Of a stretch of DNA of 64,000 nt, positions 19,947 through 29,789 are shown one piece after another. Position numbers and translations under genes: made by a program. Position 1 is the first letter of the stretch; every line of letters starts with the position of its first letter. Below the pieces are notes generated by a model, which was not told where the DNA came from, made no database searches, and saw only the letters and a program-made list of their open reading frames with translations. Location: NCBI GenBank assembly GCA_965261005.1, contig OZ253376.1, positions 64,001 through 128,000 of the forward strand. The letters run 5' to 3'. Source of the stretch: Deinococcus sp. (GTDB lineage: Bacteria > Deinococcota > Deinococci > Deinococcales > Deinococcaceae).

Positions 19947-20861
19947 ATGAAGCTCAATGAAAGAACGTCCCCCGAGGGACGCCGCGACTTTCTCAAGTCC
20001 GCCGGGCTGCTGACGCTGTTCCTGACGGCCTGCCGCCCCAACCCTGGCAGCAGCGCCGAGCAACTGCCGTACAACATCGGCCCCGAAAACCCCAACACGC
20101 CCTTGCCTATCAAGGACACCCCCACGCCCTTTCCGCCGGCCGAGGCGCCCGACTCGTTTCAGGTGTTCACGCCGCACGAGGCCGCGACCGTCGAGGCCGC
20201 CGTCGCGCGCATCTTTCCGGGGGACGCGCAGGACCCCGGCGCCCGCGAGGCGGGCGTCGTGTACTACATCGACCACATGCTCAGCTACCAAGAGGGCTTC
20301 AACGAGCCGACCTACCGCCAAGCGCCCTACGCCCAGACCTACACCGGCCAAAAGCCGGCGGAGCGCAAGGGGGTGGTCTGGATTGCCGCCGACCAGATGT
20401 ACCGCTACGGCTACCAAAACGTCCTGACCCCGCGCGAGGTCTACCGCAGCGGCGTGGCGGGCCTCGACCGGCTCGCCAACGCGCGCTTCGGGGGGGACTT
20501 CGTGGACCTGGCGGAGGGGCAGCAGGACACCCTGATCGGCCTGATGGCCGACGGCCAGGCCGGCAACTTCGACCGGAACCTGAGCGCCGAGAGCTTTTTT
20601 CACAACCTGCGCCGCCACACCTCCGAGGGCATGTTCAGCGACCCCATCTACGGCGGCAACCGCGGCATGGTGGGCTGGAAGCTGGTGGGGCACCCTGGCT
20701 CGCAGCGCGCCTACACGCCCGCGCAGTACCAGACCGAGGGCGAGGGGCTGCGGCGCCCACCGCAAACCTTCGAACAGTTGCACGCCTTTAACCCCGGCCA
20801 GCCCGCCAACGACCAGGTGACCTTGCCGGTCAGCGGCGCGGACTTGCAGCACAAGCGCTGA
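19947..20861 (+). CDS. gluconate 2-dehydrogenase subunit 3-family protein (Tat lipoprotein)
   Basis: RRDFLK Tat motif, LTAC, PGAREAGVVYYID, EGMFSDPIYGGNR. Confidence 0.88.
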   Translation: MKLNERTSPEGRRDFLKSAGLLTLFLTACRPNPGSSAEQLPYNIGPENPNTPLPIKDTPTPFPPAEAPDSFQVFTPHEAATVEAAVARIFPGDAQDPGAREAGVVYYIDHMLSYQEGFNEPTYRQAPYAQTYTGQKPAERKGVVWIAADQMYRYGYQNVLTPREVYRSGVAGLDRLANARFGGDFVDLAEGQQDTLIGLMADGQAGNFDRNLSAESFFHNLRRHTSEGMFSDPIYGGNRGMVGWKLVGHPGSQRAYTPAQYQTEGEGLRRPPQTFEQLHAFNPGQPANDQVTLPVSGADLQHKR

Positions 20862-20875
20862 GGGAAGGAACCCAC

Positions 20876-22735
20876 ATGCCAAAAGTCCACAAAAAGGTAG
20901 ACGTCGTGACCGTCGGGGCGGGCTGGACCTCGGCCATCATGGGCTGGAAGCTGGGCGCGGCCGGCAAGCAGGTGGTCGCCATCGAGATCGGCGAGGCGCG
21001 CTGGGCCAACCCCGACTTCGCCCACAACCACGATCCGCTGCGCCACGAGGTCCGCAAGGCGCTGATGTACGACATCAGCAAGGAGACCTGGACCTGGCGG
21101 CCGAACGCGGGGGCGCCGTCCCTGCCGATTCGGCAGTACGGCTCGTTTCACCCGGGGCGCGGCATCGGCGGCGCCAGCGTGCACTGGACCTCGCAGTTCT
21201 GGCGCTTTTTGCCGGCCGACTTTCAGCACCGCAGCCACAATATTCAGCGCTACGGCAAAAACAAGATTCCCGCCGACATGACCGTTCAGGACTGGCCGAT
21301 CACCTACGACCAGCTGGAGCCGTACTACGACAAGGTGGATTACGACATCGGCGCGGCGGGGGCGGCCGGCAACCTGGGCGGGCAAATTCTGCCGGGGGGG
21401 AATCCCTACGAGGCGCCCAGGTCGCGCCCCTACCCCCTGCCGCCGCACCCCACCACCATTCACGGCCAGCTCTTCGCGGGCGCTTGCCGCGAGCTGGGCT
21501 ACCACCCCTTTCCCATGCCGGCCGGCATCCTGTCACAGGCGTACCGGGGCGCCGAGGGCCGGGTGCGGTCGGGCTGCCTGTACTGCGGCTACTGCACCAG
21601 GTACGGCTGCGAGGTGGACGCCAAGACCAGCGCCGTGACCACCCACATTCCGCTGGCTCTCCAGACCGGCAACTACCGGGTGCGAACCTACTGCAAGGTG
21701 CGGCGCATCGACATGGGGCCGGACGGCCTCGCGACCGGCGTGACCTACGTGGACACCCTGACGGGAGAGGAACACGTCCAGCCCGCCGACCTGGTGCTGG
21801 TGACGGGCTACACCCTGACCAACGTGCGCCTGCTGCTGCTCTCGAAGAGCGCCACCCACAAAAACGGGGTCGGCAACAACCGGGGGATGGTCGGCAAGAA
21901 CTACACCTATCAGGTGAACGTGTCCCCCGCCACGGCCATCTTCGAGGGGCGGCGCTTCAACCAGTTCGCGGCCAACGGCGTCGTGCAGAGCGTGATCTAC
22001 GACTTCAACGGGGACAACTTCGATCACGGGGGCGTGAACTTCATCGGCGGCTCCTCGATTTTCGCGGGGTCGGGGCAAAGGGACCCGCTGACCTCGGCCA
22101 CCAGCATGCCCTCCCTTCAGGCGGGCACGTCAGGGGCGCCAAAAAGCAGCGGCCCCCCGGAGGACGGCCAGATTCCCACGACCGCCGACGTGGGCAGCCT
22201 GGCGGGCCGGGGCAAGGAGTGGGGCCAAAGCTGGAAGGAGAACCTGCGCCGCAATTGGGACGGCGTGGTGGGCCTGGCGCTGATGGGCGAGGTGCAGGCC
22301 TACACCCACAATTTCCTCGACCTCGACCCCGGCTACACCGACGCGCTGGGCGACCCGCTGCTGCGCCTCACCTACGACTTCTACGACAACGAGAAGAACC
22401 TGTTCCGCTTCGTGGCGGACAAGGCCGCCGGGATCGTGCGCCAGATGAACCCCACCCGCTTCACCACCAAGTCCGAACTCGGCAGCTACAACGTCCACAG
22501 CTACCAGCAGACCCACTGCACCGGCGGCGCCATTATGGGCACCGACCCCGGCAACAGCGTGACCAACCGGTACGGGCAGGTCTGGGACGCGCCCAACGTC
22601 TTCGTGACCGGGGCGGCGCTCTACCCGCAGAACCCCGGCGCCAACCCGACCAGCACGCTGCTGGCCCTCACCTACCTGGCGGGGGACGCCATCCGGGACA
22701 AGTACTTCAGGAATCCCGGGGAGCTGCTGACGTGA
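20876..22735 (+). CDS. GMC flavoprotein, gluconate 2-dehydrogenase alpha-like
   Basis: VGAGWT, GIGGASVHW, CLYCGYCTRYGC Fe-S motif, HCTGGAIMG, NPTST. Confidence 0.9.
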   Translation: MPKVHKKVDVVTVGAGWTSAIMGWKLGAAGKQVVAIEIGEARWANPDFAHNHDPLRHEVRKALMYDISKETWTWRPNAGAPSLPIRQYGSFHPGRGIGGASVHWTSQFWRFLPADFQHRSHNIQRYGKNKIPADMTVQDWPITYDQLEPYYDKVDYDIGAAGAAGNLGGQILPGGNPYEAPRSRPYPLPPHPTTIHGQLFAGACRELGYHPFPMPAGILSQAYRGAEGRVRSGCLYCGYCTRYGCEVDAKTSAVTTHIPLALQTGNYRVRTYCKVRRIDMGPDGLATGVTYVDTLTGEEHVQPADLVLVTGYTLTNVRLLLLSKSATHKNGVGNNRGMVGKNYTYQVNVSPATAIFEGRRFNQFAANGVVQSVIYDFNGDNFDHGGVNFIGGSSIFAGSGQRDPLTSATSMPSLQAGTSGAPKSSGPPEDGQIPTTADVGSLAGRGKEWGQSWKENLRRNWDGVVGLALMGEVQAYTHNFLDLDPGYTDALGDPLLRLTYDFYDNEKNLFRFVADKAAGIVRQMNPTRFTTKSELGSYNVHSYQQTHCTGGAIMGTDPGNSVTNRYGQVWDAPNVFVTGAALYPQNPGANPTSTLLALTYLAGDAIRDKYFRNPGELLT

Positions 22736-23247
22736 GGGGGGTCCTCTTGGGCGTGGCAACAATCACGCTGGTCGCCTGCGGCAACTACACGGCCCGCAAC
22801 GCCTTTTCCATCGATCTGACCGACACCGGCCTGTTCGCGCCCGCCACCCTACGCGCGCCCCTGGGCGCCAGCGTCACCTTTCGCAACGCGGGCACCCAGC
22901 CGCGCGAGGTGTACTACCAAGCGGGGGACGTGCGCAGCCAGCAGAGCCGGCCGAAGGGGGCGCCCAACCTCACGCCGAACAGCGCCGCGCCCGCGAACGC
23001 CCCCGCGTGGCGCTCGGGCGCCATCTACCCCGGCGAGGCGTGGACGCACACCTTTGCTAAGCCGGGCGCCTACCTGTTCGAGAGTCCCTACGCGGCGGGC
23101 TTCACGGACAGCCCCAATACACAGGTGCCGGCGGGCGTCATCACGGTCGAGACCGTGCGCGCCGGCGAGAAGGGCGACACCGCCAGCGACCCCAGCACCA
23201 ACCCACCTTATCCCACCCCCGCCGCGCCGCCGGGCGGGAACGACTGA
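22732..23247 (+). CDS. cupredoxin-fold lipoprotein lacking type-1 Cu ligands
   Basis: LVAC lipobox; FAPATL...GASVTFRN...SGAIYPGEAWTHTFAKPGAY; GTG overlaps the upstream stop. Confidence 0.7.
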   Translation: MRGVLLGVATITLVACGNYTARNAFSIDLTDTGLFAPATLRAPLGASVTFRNAGTQPREVYYQAGDVRSQQSRPKGAPNLTPNSAAPANAPAWRSGAIYPGEAWTHTFAKPGAYLFESPYAAGFTDSPNTQVPAGVITVETVRAGEKGDTASDPSTNPPYPTPAAPPGGND

Positions 23248-23340
23248 TACGGATTCTGCGGGCTAAAGCAACATCGTGGCGGTCGGTAAGCCGAGCCTTG
23301 GTGTTTTTGCCGATGTTGAGGAAGTAAGCGGAATCCGTAT
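23247..23340. repeat. MITE-like small non-coding repeat
   Basis: Terminal inverted repeats ATACGGATTC / GAATCCGTAT; internal CAACATCG / CGATGTTG pair. Confidence 0.65.
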
Positions 23341-23474
23341 TACCCCGTGGAACGGTAAACGGAACTTGAGAAAGTAGGCTCCTCCAGTGTGAACGTCGGC
23401 AGCGTCGGGTGAACTGGGAGCATGTCAACGGTCCGGAACGCTCCCGCCACGTCCGCCCGCCGTCCGGGTCCGCC

Positions 23475-24719
23475 TTGACCGAGTTCAACGTCGCCCTGCT
23501 GATGGTCGGGGCGCTGGTGTTGTTCGTGGGGGCGGCGTCCGAGCGCCTGCGGCGCGCCTCGGTGCTGTCGGAGCCGATCATCGCCCTGCTGGCCGGGGTG
23601 GTCGCCGGGCCGCTGGGCCTGGGTTGGCTGCGCCCGGCGGAATGGGGCGACCCGTTCGAGATCATGGAGGAGGTCGCGCGGGTCACGCTGGCCCTGAGCC
23701 TCGTGAGCGCCGCGCTGCGCCTGCCGCGCGGCTACGTCCGGGCACACTGGCGCCCGCTGGCGGTGCTACTCGGCCTGCTCATGCCGCTGATGTGGCTGGC
23801 GATGGGCGCCCTGAGCGCCTGGCTGCTCGGCTTGCCGCTGCTGGTGGCCGCCCTGGTGGGCGCGGTCGTCACGCCCACCGATCCCGTGATCGCGGGCAGC
23901 ATCGTGACCGGCAGCCTCGCCAAGGAGGCCATTCCCGCCCGCCTGCGTCACCTGCTCTCCGCTGAGTCCGGCGCCAACGACGGCCTGGCGTACCCGCTGG
24001 TCCTGCTGCCGATTCTGCTGCTGACAGAGGCGTGGCCGCAAGCGCTGGAGAGCTGGGCGTGGCGGGTAGTGGTATGGGAGGTGCTGGGGGCGGCGCTGCT
24101 GGGCGGCCTTGTGGGCACCTTGGCCGGGCGGCTGCTGCGCCGGGTGCGCGGCGAGGCGCCGGGGGAGATTCTGCTGACCACGGCCCGCGCGCTGGCCCTG
24201 GTCACCTTGGCGGGCGGCAAGCTGCTGGGCACCGACGGGGTATTCGCGGTGTTCGTGATGGGCGCAGCCCTCAAGGCGACCTGCGGCAAGTTCGGCGAGA
24301 CCCAGGACACCCAAGAAGCCCTCAACCGCTTTTTTGTGCTGCCGGCCTTCGCCCTGCTGGGGTTGATGCTGCCGTGGCAAGGCTGGCTGTCGCTCGGTTG
24401 GGGCGGCGTCCTGTTGGCCGTGGGAGGGCTGCTCCTGCGGCGGCTGCCCTTCGTGCTGGCGCTGCGCCCGCTGATCTCCCCTATCCAGCGCGTCCGGGGC
24501 GCGCTGCTGCTGGGCTGGTTCGGTCCCATCGGGGTGGGCGCCTTGTTCTACGCGACGCTGGCCCAGCGGGAAACCGGAAACAGCCTGCCGTGGACGGTCG
24601 GCACCCTGCTGGTGACGGCCTCGGTCCTGGCGCACGGCCTGAGCGCGACCAGCCTAACCCAGCGCTTTGGCAAAGCGCAGGAACAGGACCGGGGTTCGCA
24701 GCGGGCCGTTCCAGAATGA
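23475..24719 (+). CDS. CPA1 cation:proton antiporter
   Basis: TPTDPV, AESGANDG, GWFGPIGV; start uncertain (23409 or 23475). Confidence 0.88.
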   Translation: MTEFNVALLMVGALVLFVGAASERLRRASVLSEPIIALLAGVVAGPLGLGWLRPAEWGDPFEIMEEVARVTLALSLVSAALRLPRGYVRAHWRPLAVLLGLLMPLMWLAMGALSAWLLGLPLLVAALVGAVVTPTDPVIAGSIVTGSLAKEAIPARLRHLLSAESGANDGLAYPLVLLPILLLTEAWPQALESWAWRVVVWEVLGAALLGGLVGTLAGRLLRRVRGEAPGEILLTTARALALVTLAGGKLLGTDGVFAVFVMGAALKATCGKFGETQDTQEALNRFFVLPAFALLGLMLPWQGWLSLGWGGVLLAVGGLLLRRLPFVLALRPLISPIQRVRGALLLGWFGPIGVGALFYATLAQRETGNSLPWTVGTLLVTASVLAHGLSATSLTQRFGKAQEQDRGSQRAVPE

Positions 24720-24779
24720 ATCCGCCGACAGATAAAGGTGGCCGCCAGCCGGTCTTCCGGGGACGGCTTTATGCTGCGC

Positions 24780-26099
24780 TCACGTCGAGGCCACGCCGCC
24801 AAAAGCTTGCGCGAGTACTTCCCGCGCGGCCCGCCGCCCGCTGAGCAGCGCGCCCTCCATGGTGGCGGTGTGCCCGCCCGGCGCGGTGGCCTCGCCCGCG
24901 AAGAAGAGCGTGTCCTGCACGGGGGCGCGCAGCGCGTCGCGCGCCGTGAGCGCGCCGGCGGGCATGTAGCTGTAGGCGCCGCGCGAAAACGGGTCCGCCT
25001 GCCAGTCGTGCAGGTGCCATCCCAGCAGCTGCCTCCTCACCTCACCGCGCGCCACGCCGAGGGCGTCCGCGAAGCTGTTTAGCGCCGCGTCCAGCAGCTC
25101 GGGGTGTGGCAGGCGCGACAGCCGCTCGGCGACCGGGCCGCCCGCCCACGCCACGACCAGGGGCGCGTGGGCCGGCAGGCGCGTCCAGAAGGTCGGCACC
25201 GGCCCGTCCGTCTGGAGGAACTTCAGCTTGAACAAGGTGGCGTCCTGCGCGCCCACGTCCTCCCAAAAGCGGTCGCGGAAGTGCAGGGTGAGCTTCACGA
25301 CCGCGCCCATCGCCAACTGGTCCGCCGCCGCGCGGTGCCGCGGCAGGTCCGGCGCGAAACGCACCGCGCCCTGCCCGCCCCGCGCCTGCCACACCCCGAC
25401 GGGCAGCGTGACGACGGCCGCCGGGGCGGCGAACACCCCGCGTTGCGTCTCGATTTCGACCCGGCCGGGCGACCAGCGCACCTCGCGCGCCACCTGTCCG
25501 AGCTGAACGTGACCGTTGAGCGCGCCCGCGAGGTGAACGGCCAAGCGGTCGTTGCCGTCCAAGGTGTGAAACTGCCCGGCGCCCCCGCCGCCCGGCTCGC
25601 TCGCCTCGACCTCCAGAAACCACGCCAGGCTCACGCGGTCCATTGGCGCGGCGTCGAAGCCCTCCACGTAGCGCCGCACCCCTTCGCGCGTTTCCGCCCA
25701 CGTCTCGCCGGGCACCACCTCGCGCAAAGCCGCGCCGAGGGTGCGGTCCGGGCCGCCACGCGGCAAATGTGGCAGCGCCGCGTCCACGCCCGCGCGAAAG
25801 GTGTCTTGGCGCCGCAGGGCACCTCCGCGCGCCGACCACGCCTCCCCGTCCGCCCCGATCAGGGCGGCGTTCGCCTCGCGCAGCAATTGCCAGCTGAGGC
25901 TCTGCGGCCCCTCGATGAACTCCGCGCCGTACTCGATGGGCGTCGCGCGTTCGTCCAGCCGCGAAAACACCCGGCCGCCCACCCGGTCGCGCGCTTCGAG
26001 TACCCGCACGTCCAGCCCCGCCCGCCGCACGTCGCGCGCGGCCATCAGGCCTGACAGGCCCGCGCCGATCACGATCACGTCCGCCATGTCCCGCGTCAT
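24780..26099 (-). CDS. flavin-dependent amine oxidase family
   Basis: IGAGLSGL, LEARDRVGGR, WQADPFSRGAYS, FFAGEAT, TMEGALLSG. Confidence 0.9.
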   Translation of the reverse strand: MTRDMADVIVIGAGLSGLMAARDVRRAGLDVRVLEARDRVGGRVFSRLDERATPIEYGAEFIEGPQSLSWQLLREANAALIGADGEAWSARGGALRRQDTFRAGVDAALPHLPRGGPDRTLGAALREVVPGETWAETREGVRRYVEGFDAAPMDRVSLAWFLEVEASEPGGGGAGQFHTLDGNDRLAVHLAGALNGHVQLGQVAREVRWSPGRVEIETQRGVFAAPAAVVTLPVGVWQARGGQGAVRFAPDLPRHRAAADQLAMGAVVKLTLHFRDRFWEDVGAQDATLFKLKFLQTDGPVPTFWTRLPAHAPLVVAWAGGPVAERLSRLPHPELLDAALNSFADALGVARGEVRRQLLGWHLHDWQADPFSRGAYSYMPAGALTARDALRAPVQDTLFFAGEATAPGGHTATMEGALLSGRRAAREVLAQAFGGVAST

Positions 26100-26257
26100 G
26101 TTCCGAGGGTACGCAAAGCGGGCGCCGGCTTGATCGCGGGCGCGTCAAGGCGAGTTCATGACGCCGCCCTTCACCCCGGCTCCCCCTGCGCTCACAGAGG
26201 GGGATGACAGTGAAGGCGTTCAACCGGCCCAAGACACCCTCTCGGAAAGGAATTCTC

Positions 26258-27244
26258 ATGACCGACCAAACCCTGCCGACCCAGACCCTACCGACCCAAA
26301 GGCGGGCTGCCGCCCTCGACCACTTCGGCGGCCCCGAGGTCATCACGCCCCGCACCCTGCCCGTGCCCGAGCTGGCCGACGACGAACTGCTGCTGCGGGT
26401 GCAAACGGCGGGGGTGGGCATCTGGGACGTGATGGCGCGTCAGGGCAAGAATTTGCCCGAGGGGGCCGGTTTTCCGCTGGTGCTCGGCACCGACGCGGCG
26501 GGCACGGTGGTCGCCACCGGCAAGGACGTGAGCAACGTGGCGCTTGGGGACGCGGTGTACGTCTACACCTACACGCGGCCCAAGGGCGGCTGCTACGCCG
26601 AATACGTCGTTACCAAGGCGGTGTACGCCGCGCCGCTGCCGCCGAACCTGAGCGCCGAGCAGGCCGGGGCCATGCCCACCGACGCCCTCACGGCGCTGTC
26701 GGGGCTGGACACCTTGGCGCTCAGTGAGGGCGGCACGCTGCTGATCTTCGGGGCGAGCGGCGGCCTCGGCCACCTCGCGCTCCAGCTCGCGAAGCGTCAG
26801 GGCCAAAGGGTGGCGGCGGTGGCCTCCGGCGACGACGGGATGGCGTTGGCCGCGCGCCTGGGCGCCGACTTGTCGCTCAACGGGCACGGCGACAATGACG
26901 AGCTGCTGTCGCAGATTCGGGACTTCGCCCCCGGCGGCGTGGACGGCCTGCTCGCCACGGCCGGGGGGGACGCCCTGAACCACTTGCTGCCGGCGGTGCG
27001 GCGCGGCGGCGTGGTGGCCCACCCTCACGGCGTTCAGCCGCCACAGGCGCCCGAAGGTGTGCAGGTGAGGGCTTACGACGGACAGACCAGCCCCGAGCGG
27101 CTGCGGCGCCTGAACGACCTGATCGCGGCCGGCCCCTTTGAGGTCCACATCGCTCAGCGCTTTGCGCTGGGTCAAGCGGCTCAGGCCCACGAGCGCATGG
27201 AGCAGCACTACCTGGGTAAGCTGACGCTTCGGGTCGCGGACTGA
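26258..27244 (+). CDS. NADPH:quinone reductase-like MDR oxidoreductase
   Basis: PLVLGTDAAG, GASGGLG, GKLTLRV; AAGGA RBS. Confidence 0.88.
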   Translation: MTDQTLPTQTLPTQRRAAALDHFGGPEVITPRTLPVPELADDELLLRVQTAGVGIWDVMARQGKNLPEGAGFPLVLGTDAAGTVVATGKDVSNVALGDAVYVYTYTRPKGGCYAEYVVTKAVYAAPLPPNLSAEQAGAMPTDALTALSGLDTLALSEGGTLLIFGASGGLGHLALQLAKRQGQRVAAVASGDDGMALAARLGADLSLNGHGDNDELLSQIRDFAPGGVDGLLATAGGDALNHLLPAVRRGGVVAHPHGVQPPQAPEGVQVRAYDGQTSPERLRRLNDLIAAGPFEVHIAQRFALGQAAQAHERMEQHYLGKLTLRVAD

Positions 27245-27376
27245 AGCGCCGGTGGGCCGGTCGACCCAGGAAGGGGGACCGGCGCCCCTTCTTTCACGCT
27301 CCCCCCTTTCACCAGTTTCGCCCAAAGAAACTTCGGCACCGCGTGAACTGTCGCGAGTTGATATAAAGGGACGTCC

Positions 27377-28855
27377 ATGAAGACGTTCGTTCTGACCGCC
27401 CTGCTGCTGTCAAGCGCCGCCAGCGCGCAGCGCACGACCAACACGCTGAACGTGGCCATCGCCGCCGAGCCGCCGCTGCTCGACCCCACCGCGTCGCCGT
27501 CGGCGGAAATCGCGCGGGTCTTCAACCTCAACGTCATGCAGGGACTGCTGACCGTGGACGCGGGGGGCAAGCTCGCGCCGCTGCTCGCGACCGGCTACAG
27601 CGTGGCCCCGGGCGGCCTGACCTACACCTTCAAGCTGCGGCGCGGCGTGAAGTTCCACGACGGCTCGAATTTCGGCGCGGCCGACGTGGTGGCGGCCCTG
27701 AACCGGGCGCGCGATCCCAAGTCGGGTCACACCCACCCCGAGTACTACGCGCGCGTCGCGTCGGTCGCGGCCCCCGACCCAGCCACGGTGGTCGTGAAGC
27801 TGAGCGCCCCCGACAACGATCTGCTGTTCAACCTCGCGCGCGCCGACTCGGTGATCGGGCCGAGGGGCAAAGAGGCCGCCCAAAAGGCCAGCCCCATCGG
27901 CACCGGCCCCTTCAAGTTCACCGCTTGGAACCGCGGCGCCAGCATCGTGCTGACGCGCTGGAACGGCTACTACGACAAGACGCTGCCGCGACTGTCCAAG
28001 GTCACCTTCAAGGTGATTCCCGACCTCAGCGCGCAGCTCGCGGCCTTGCGGGCCGGGGACGTGGACGTGATCGGCTACGGCGTGGGGCCGGAGAACATCC
28101 CGGTGATCCGGGCGGACCCCAACTTGAAGCTGCTGACCGGCGGCTCCACCACCAAGATGACCATCGGCTTCAACAACAGCCGGCCCCCCTTCAACGACGT
28201 GCGGGTGCGCCGGGCGCTCGCCTACGCCACCAACAAGCCCGAGATCGTGCAGGGGTTGTTCTTCGGGCAGGGCGTCCCCATCGGCAGCCACCGCACCCCG
28301 GGCGAGGCCGACTACCTGGACCTCAGCGGCGCCTACCCGTACGACCCGGACAAGGCGCGCGCCCTGCTGAGGGCCGCCGGTTACACGGACGGGAAGCCGC
28401 TCACCTTCACCTTCGATTTGCCCGCCCAGTACCAAAACGAGGTTCGCATCGGCCAGGCGGTCGCCGCGCAGTGGGCCAAGCTGGGCGTCCGGGCGCAGTT
28501 GCGCAGCGTCGAGTTCAGCACCTGGCTCAGCAAGGTCTTTCGGGACGCCGACTACCAAGCGACCGTGATCGGCCACGTCGAGGCCAACGACATCGGCATC
28601 TACGCCGACCCCACGTATTACTTCCGCTACGACAGCCCCCAGTTCCGCGCCACCTTCGAAAAGTACCGGGGTGGCCCGCCCGCCCAGGCGGCGCGGGCGA
28701 TGAGGGACCTGCAACAAAGGCTGTCGGACGACGCCGTGAACGACTGGGTGATGGAATTCCCCACCATCGTGGCGCTGAACAAGGGCGTGCAGGGCTGGAC
28801 GGTCGGCTCCCCCGCCGTGAGCCTCGACGTGACGCGCGTGTTTTGGCAGAAGTAG
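27377..28855 (+). CDS. Dpp/Opp-type ABC substrate-binding protein (family 5)
   Basis: Signal peptide; YTFKLRRGVKFHDG, PIGTGPF, PFNDVRVRRAL. Confidence 0.92.
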   Translation: MKTFVLTALLLSSAASAQRTTNTLNVAIAAEPPLLDPTASPSAEIARVFNLNVMQGLLTVDAGGKLAPLLATGYSVAPGGLTYTFKLRRGVKFHDGSNFGAADVVAALNRARDPKSGHTHPEYYARVASVAAPDPATVVVKLSAPDNDLLFNLARADSVIGPRGKEAAQKASPIGTGPFKFTAWNRGASIVLTRWNGYYDKTLPRLSKVTFKVIPDLSAQLAALRAGDVDVIGYGVGPENIPVIRADPNLKLLTGGSTTKMTIGFNNSRPPFNDVRVRRALAYATNKPEIVQGLFFGQGVPIGSHRTPGEADYLDLSGAYPYDPDKARALLRAAGYTDGKPLTFTFDLPAQYQNEVRIGQAVAAQWAKLGVRAQLRSVEFSTWLSKVFRDADYQATVIGHVEANDIGIYADPTYYFRYDSPQFRATFEKYRGGPPAQAARAMRDLQQRLSDDAVNDWVMEFPTIVALNKGVQGWTVGSPAVSLDVTRVFWQK

Positions 28856-28865
28856 AAGCAGGGAC

Positions 28866-29789
28866 GTGAACCTTTCCCTGGTCGCGTGGCGCCTGCTGGT
28901 CGCCGTCGCGACCTTGCTCATCGCCAGCTTGATCGTGTTCTTCAGCCTCAGCCTGATTCCCGGCGACCCGGCCCTCAGCTTGCTGGGGGTGGGGGCCTCG
29001 CCGGGGGCGCTGGCGCAGCTGCGCGAGCAACTGGGGCTGAACGCGCCGCCGCCCGTCCGCTACGCGCGCTGGCTGCTCTCGGCGCTGCGCGGCGACCTCG
29101 GCGAGTCCATCCGCTACGGCCAGCCGGTGGCGCCGCTGCTGGGCGGGCGGCTGACCCTGACGCTGACGCTGACGCTGCTGAGCTGGCTGCTCACGACCGG
29201 GCTGGCGCTGGGGTTGGGCATCCTGGCGGCGCGGCGGGCCGGTTCCCCGCTCGACTTCGCGCTGCGCGCCGGGCTGACGCTGCTCTCGGCAATTCCGTCC
29301 TTTTGGCTGGGCCTGCTGCTGATCCTGATGTTCGCGGTGCGGCTGCGGCTGTTGCCGTCCGGCGGCTTCGGCGGGCCGCGCGACCTCATCTTGCCGGTGG
29401 CGGCCTTGGTGCTGGCGCGCGTCAGCTTGCCCGCGCGCATGGTCCGCGCGGGCGTGCTGGAGGCCATGCGGGGCGACTTTGTGCGCACCGCCCGCGCCAA
29501 GGGTCTGGGCGAGCGGGCCGCGCTGCTGCGCCACGCTTTGCGCGCCGCCCTGATCCCGCTGCTGACGGTGCTGGGCCTGGAGTTCGCCGAGCTGCTGACC
29601 AGCAGCGTGATCGTGGAGAACGTCTTCGCGCTGCCGGGGCTGGGCACGCTGACCCTCGGGGCCATCGCGGCGCGCGACTTTCCCCTGGTGCAGGGGGTAA
29701 CGCTGCTGCTGGCCCTGTTGGTGGTGGGGGTGAACTTGCTGGTGGATTTGGCCTACGGCTGGGCCGACCCCAGGGTGCGCTATGGCTAG
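28866..29789 (+). CDS. Dpp/Opp ABC permease (DppB-like)
   Basis: PGDPA, GDLGES, FVRTARAKGL, VENVFALPGLG. Confidence 0.92.
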   Translation: MNLSLVAWRLLVAVATLLIASLIVFFSLSLIPGDPALSLLGVGASPGALAQLREQLGLNAPPPVRYARWLLSALRGDLGESIRYGQPVAPLLGGRLTLTLTLTLLSWLLTTGLALGLGILAARRAGSPLDFALRAGLTLLSAIPSFWLGLLLILMFAVRLRLLPSGGFGGPRDLILPVAALVLARVSLPARMVRAGVLEAMRGDFVRTARAKGLGERAALLRHALRAALIPLLTVLGLEFAELLTSSVIVENVFALPGLGTLTLGAIAARDFPLVQGVTLLLALLVVGVNLLVDLAYGWADPRVRYG

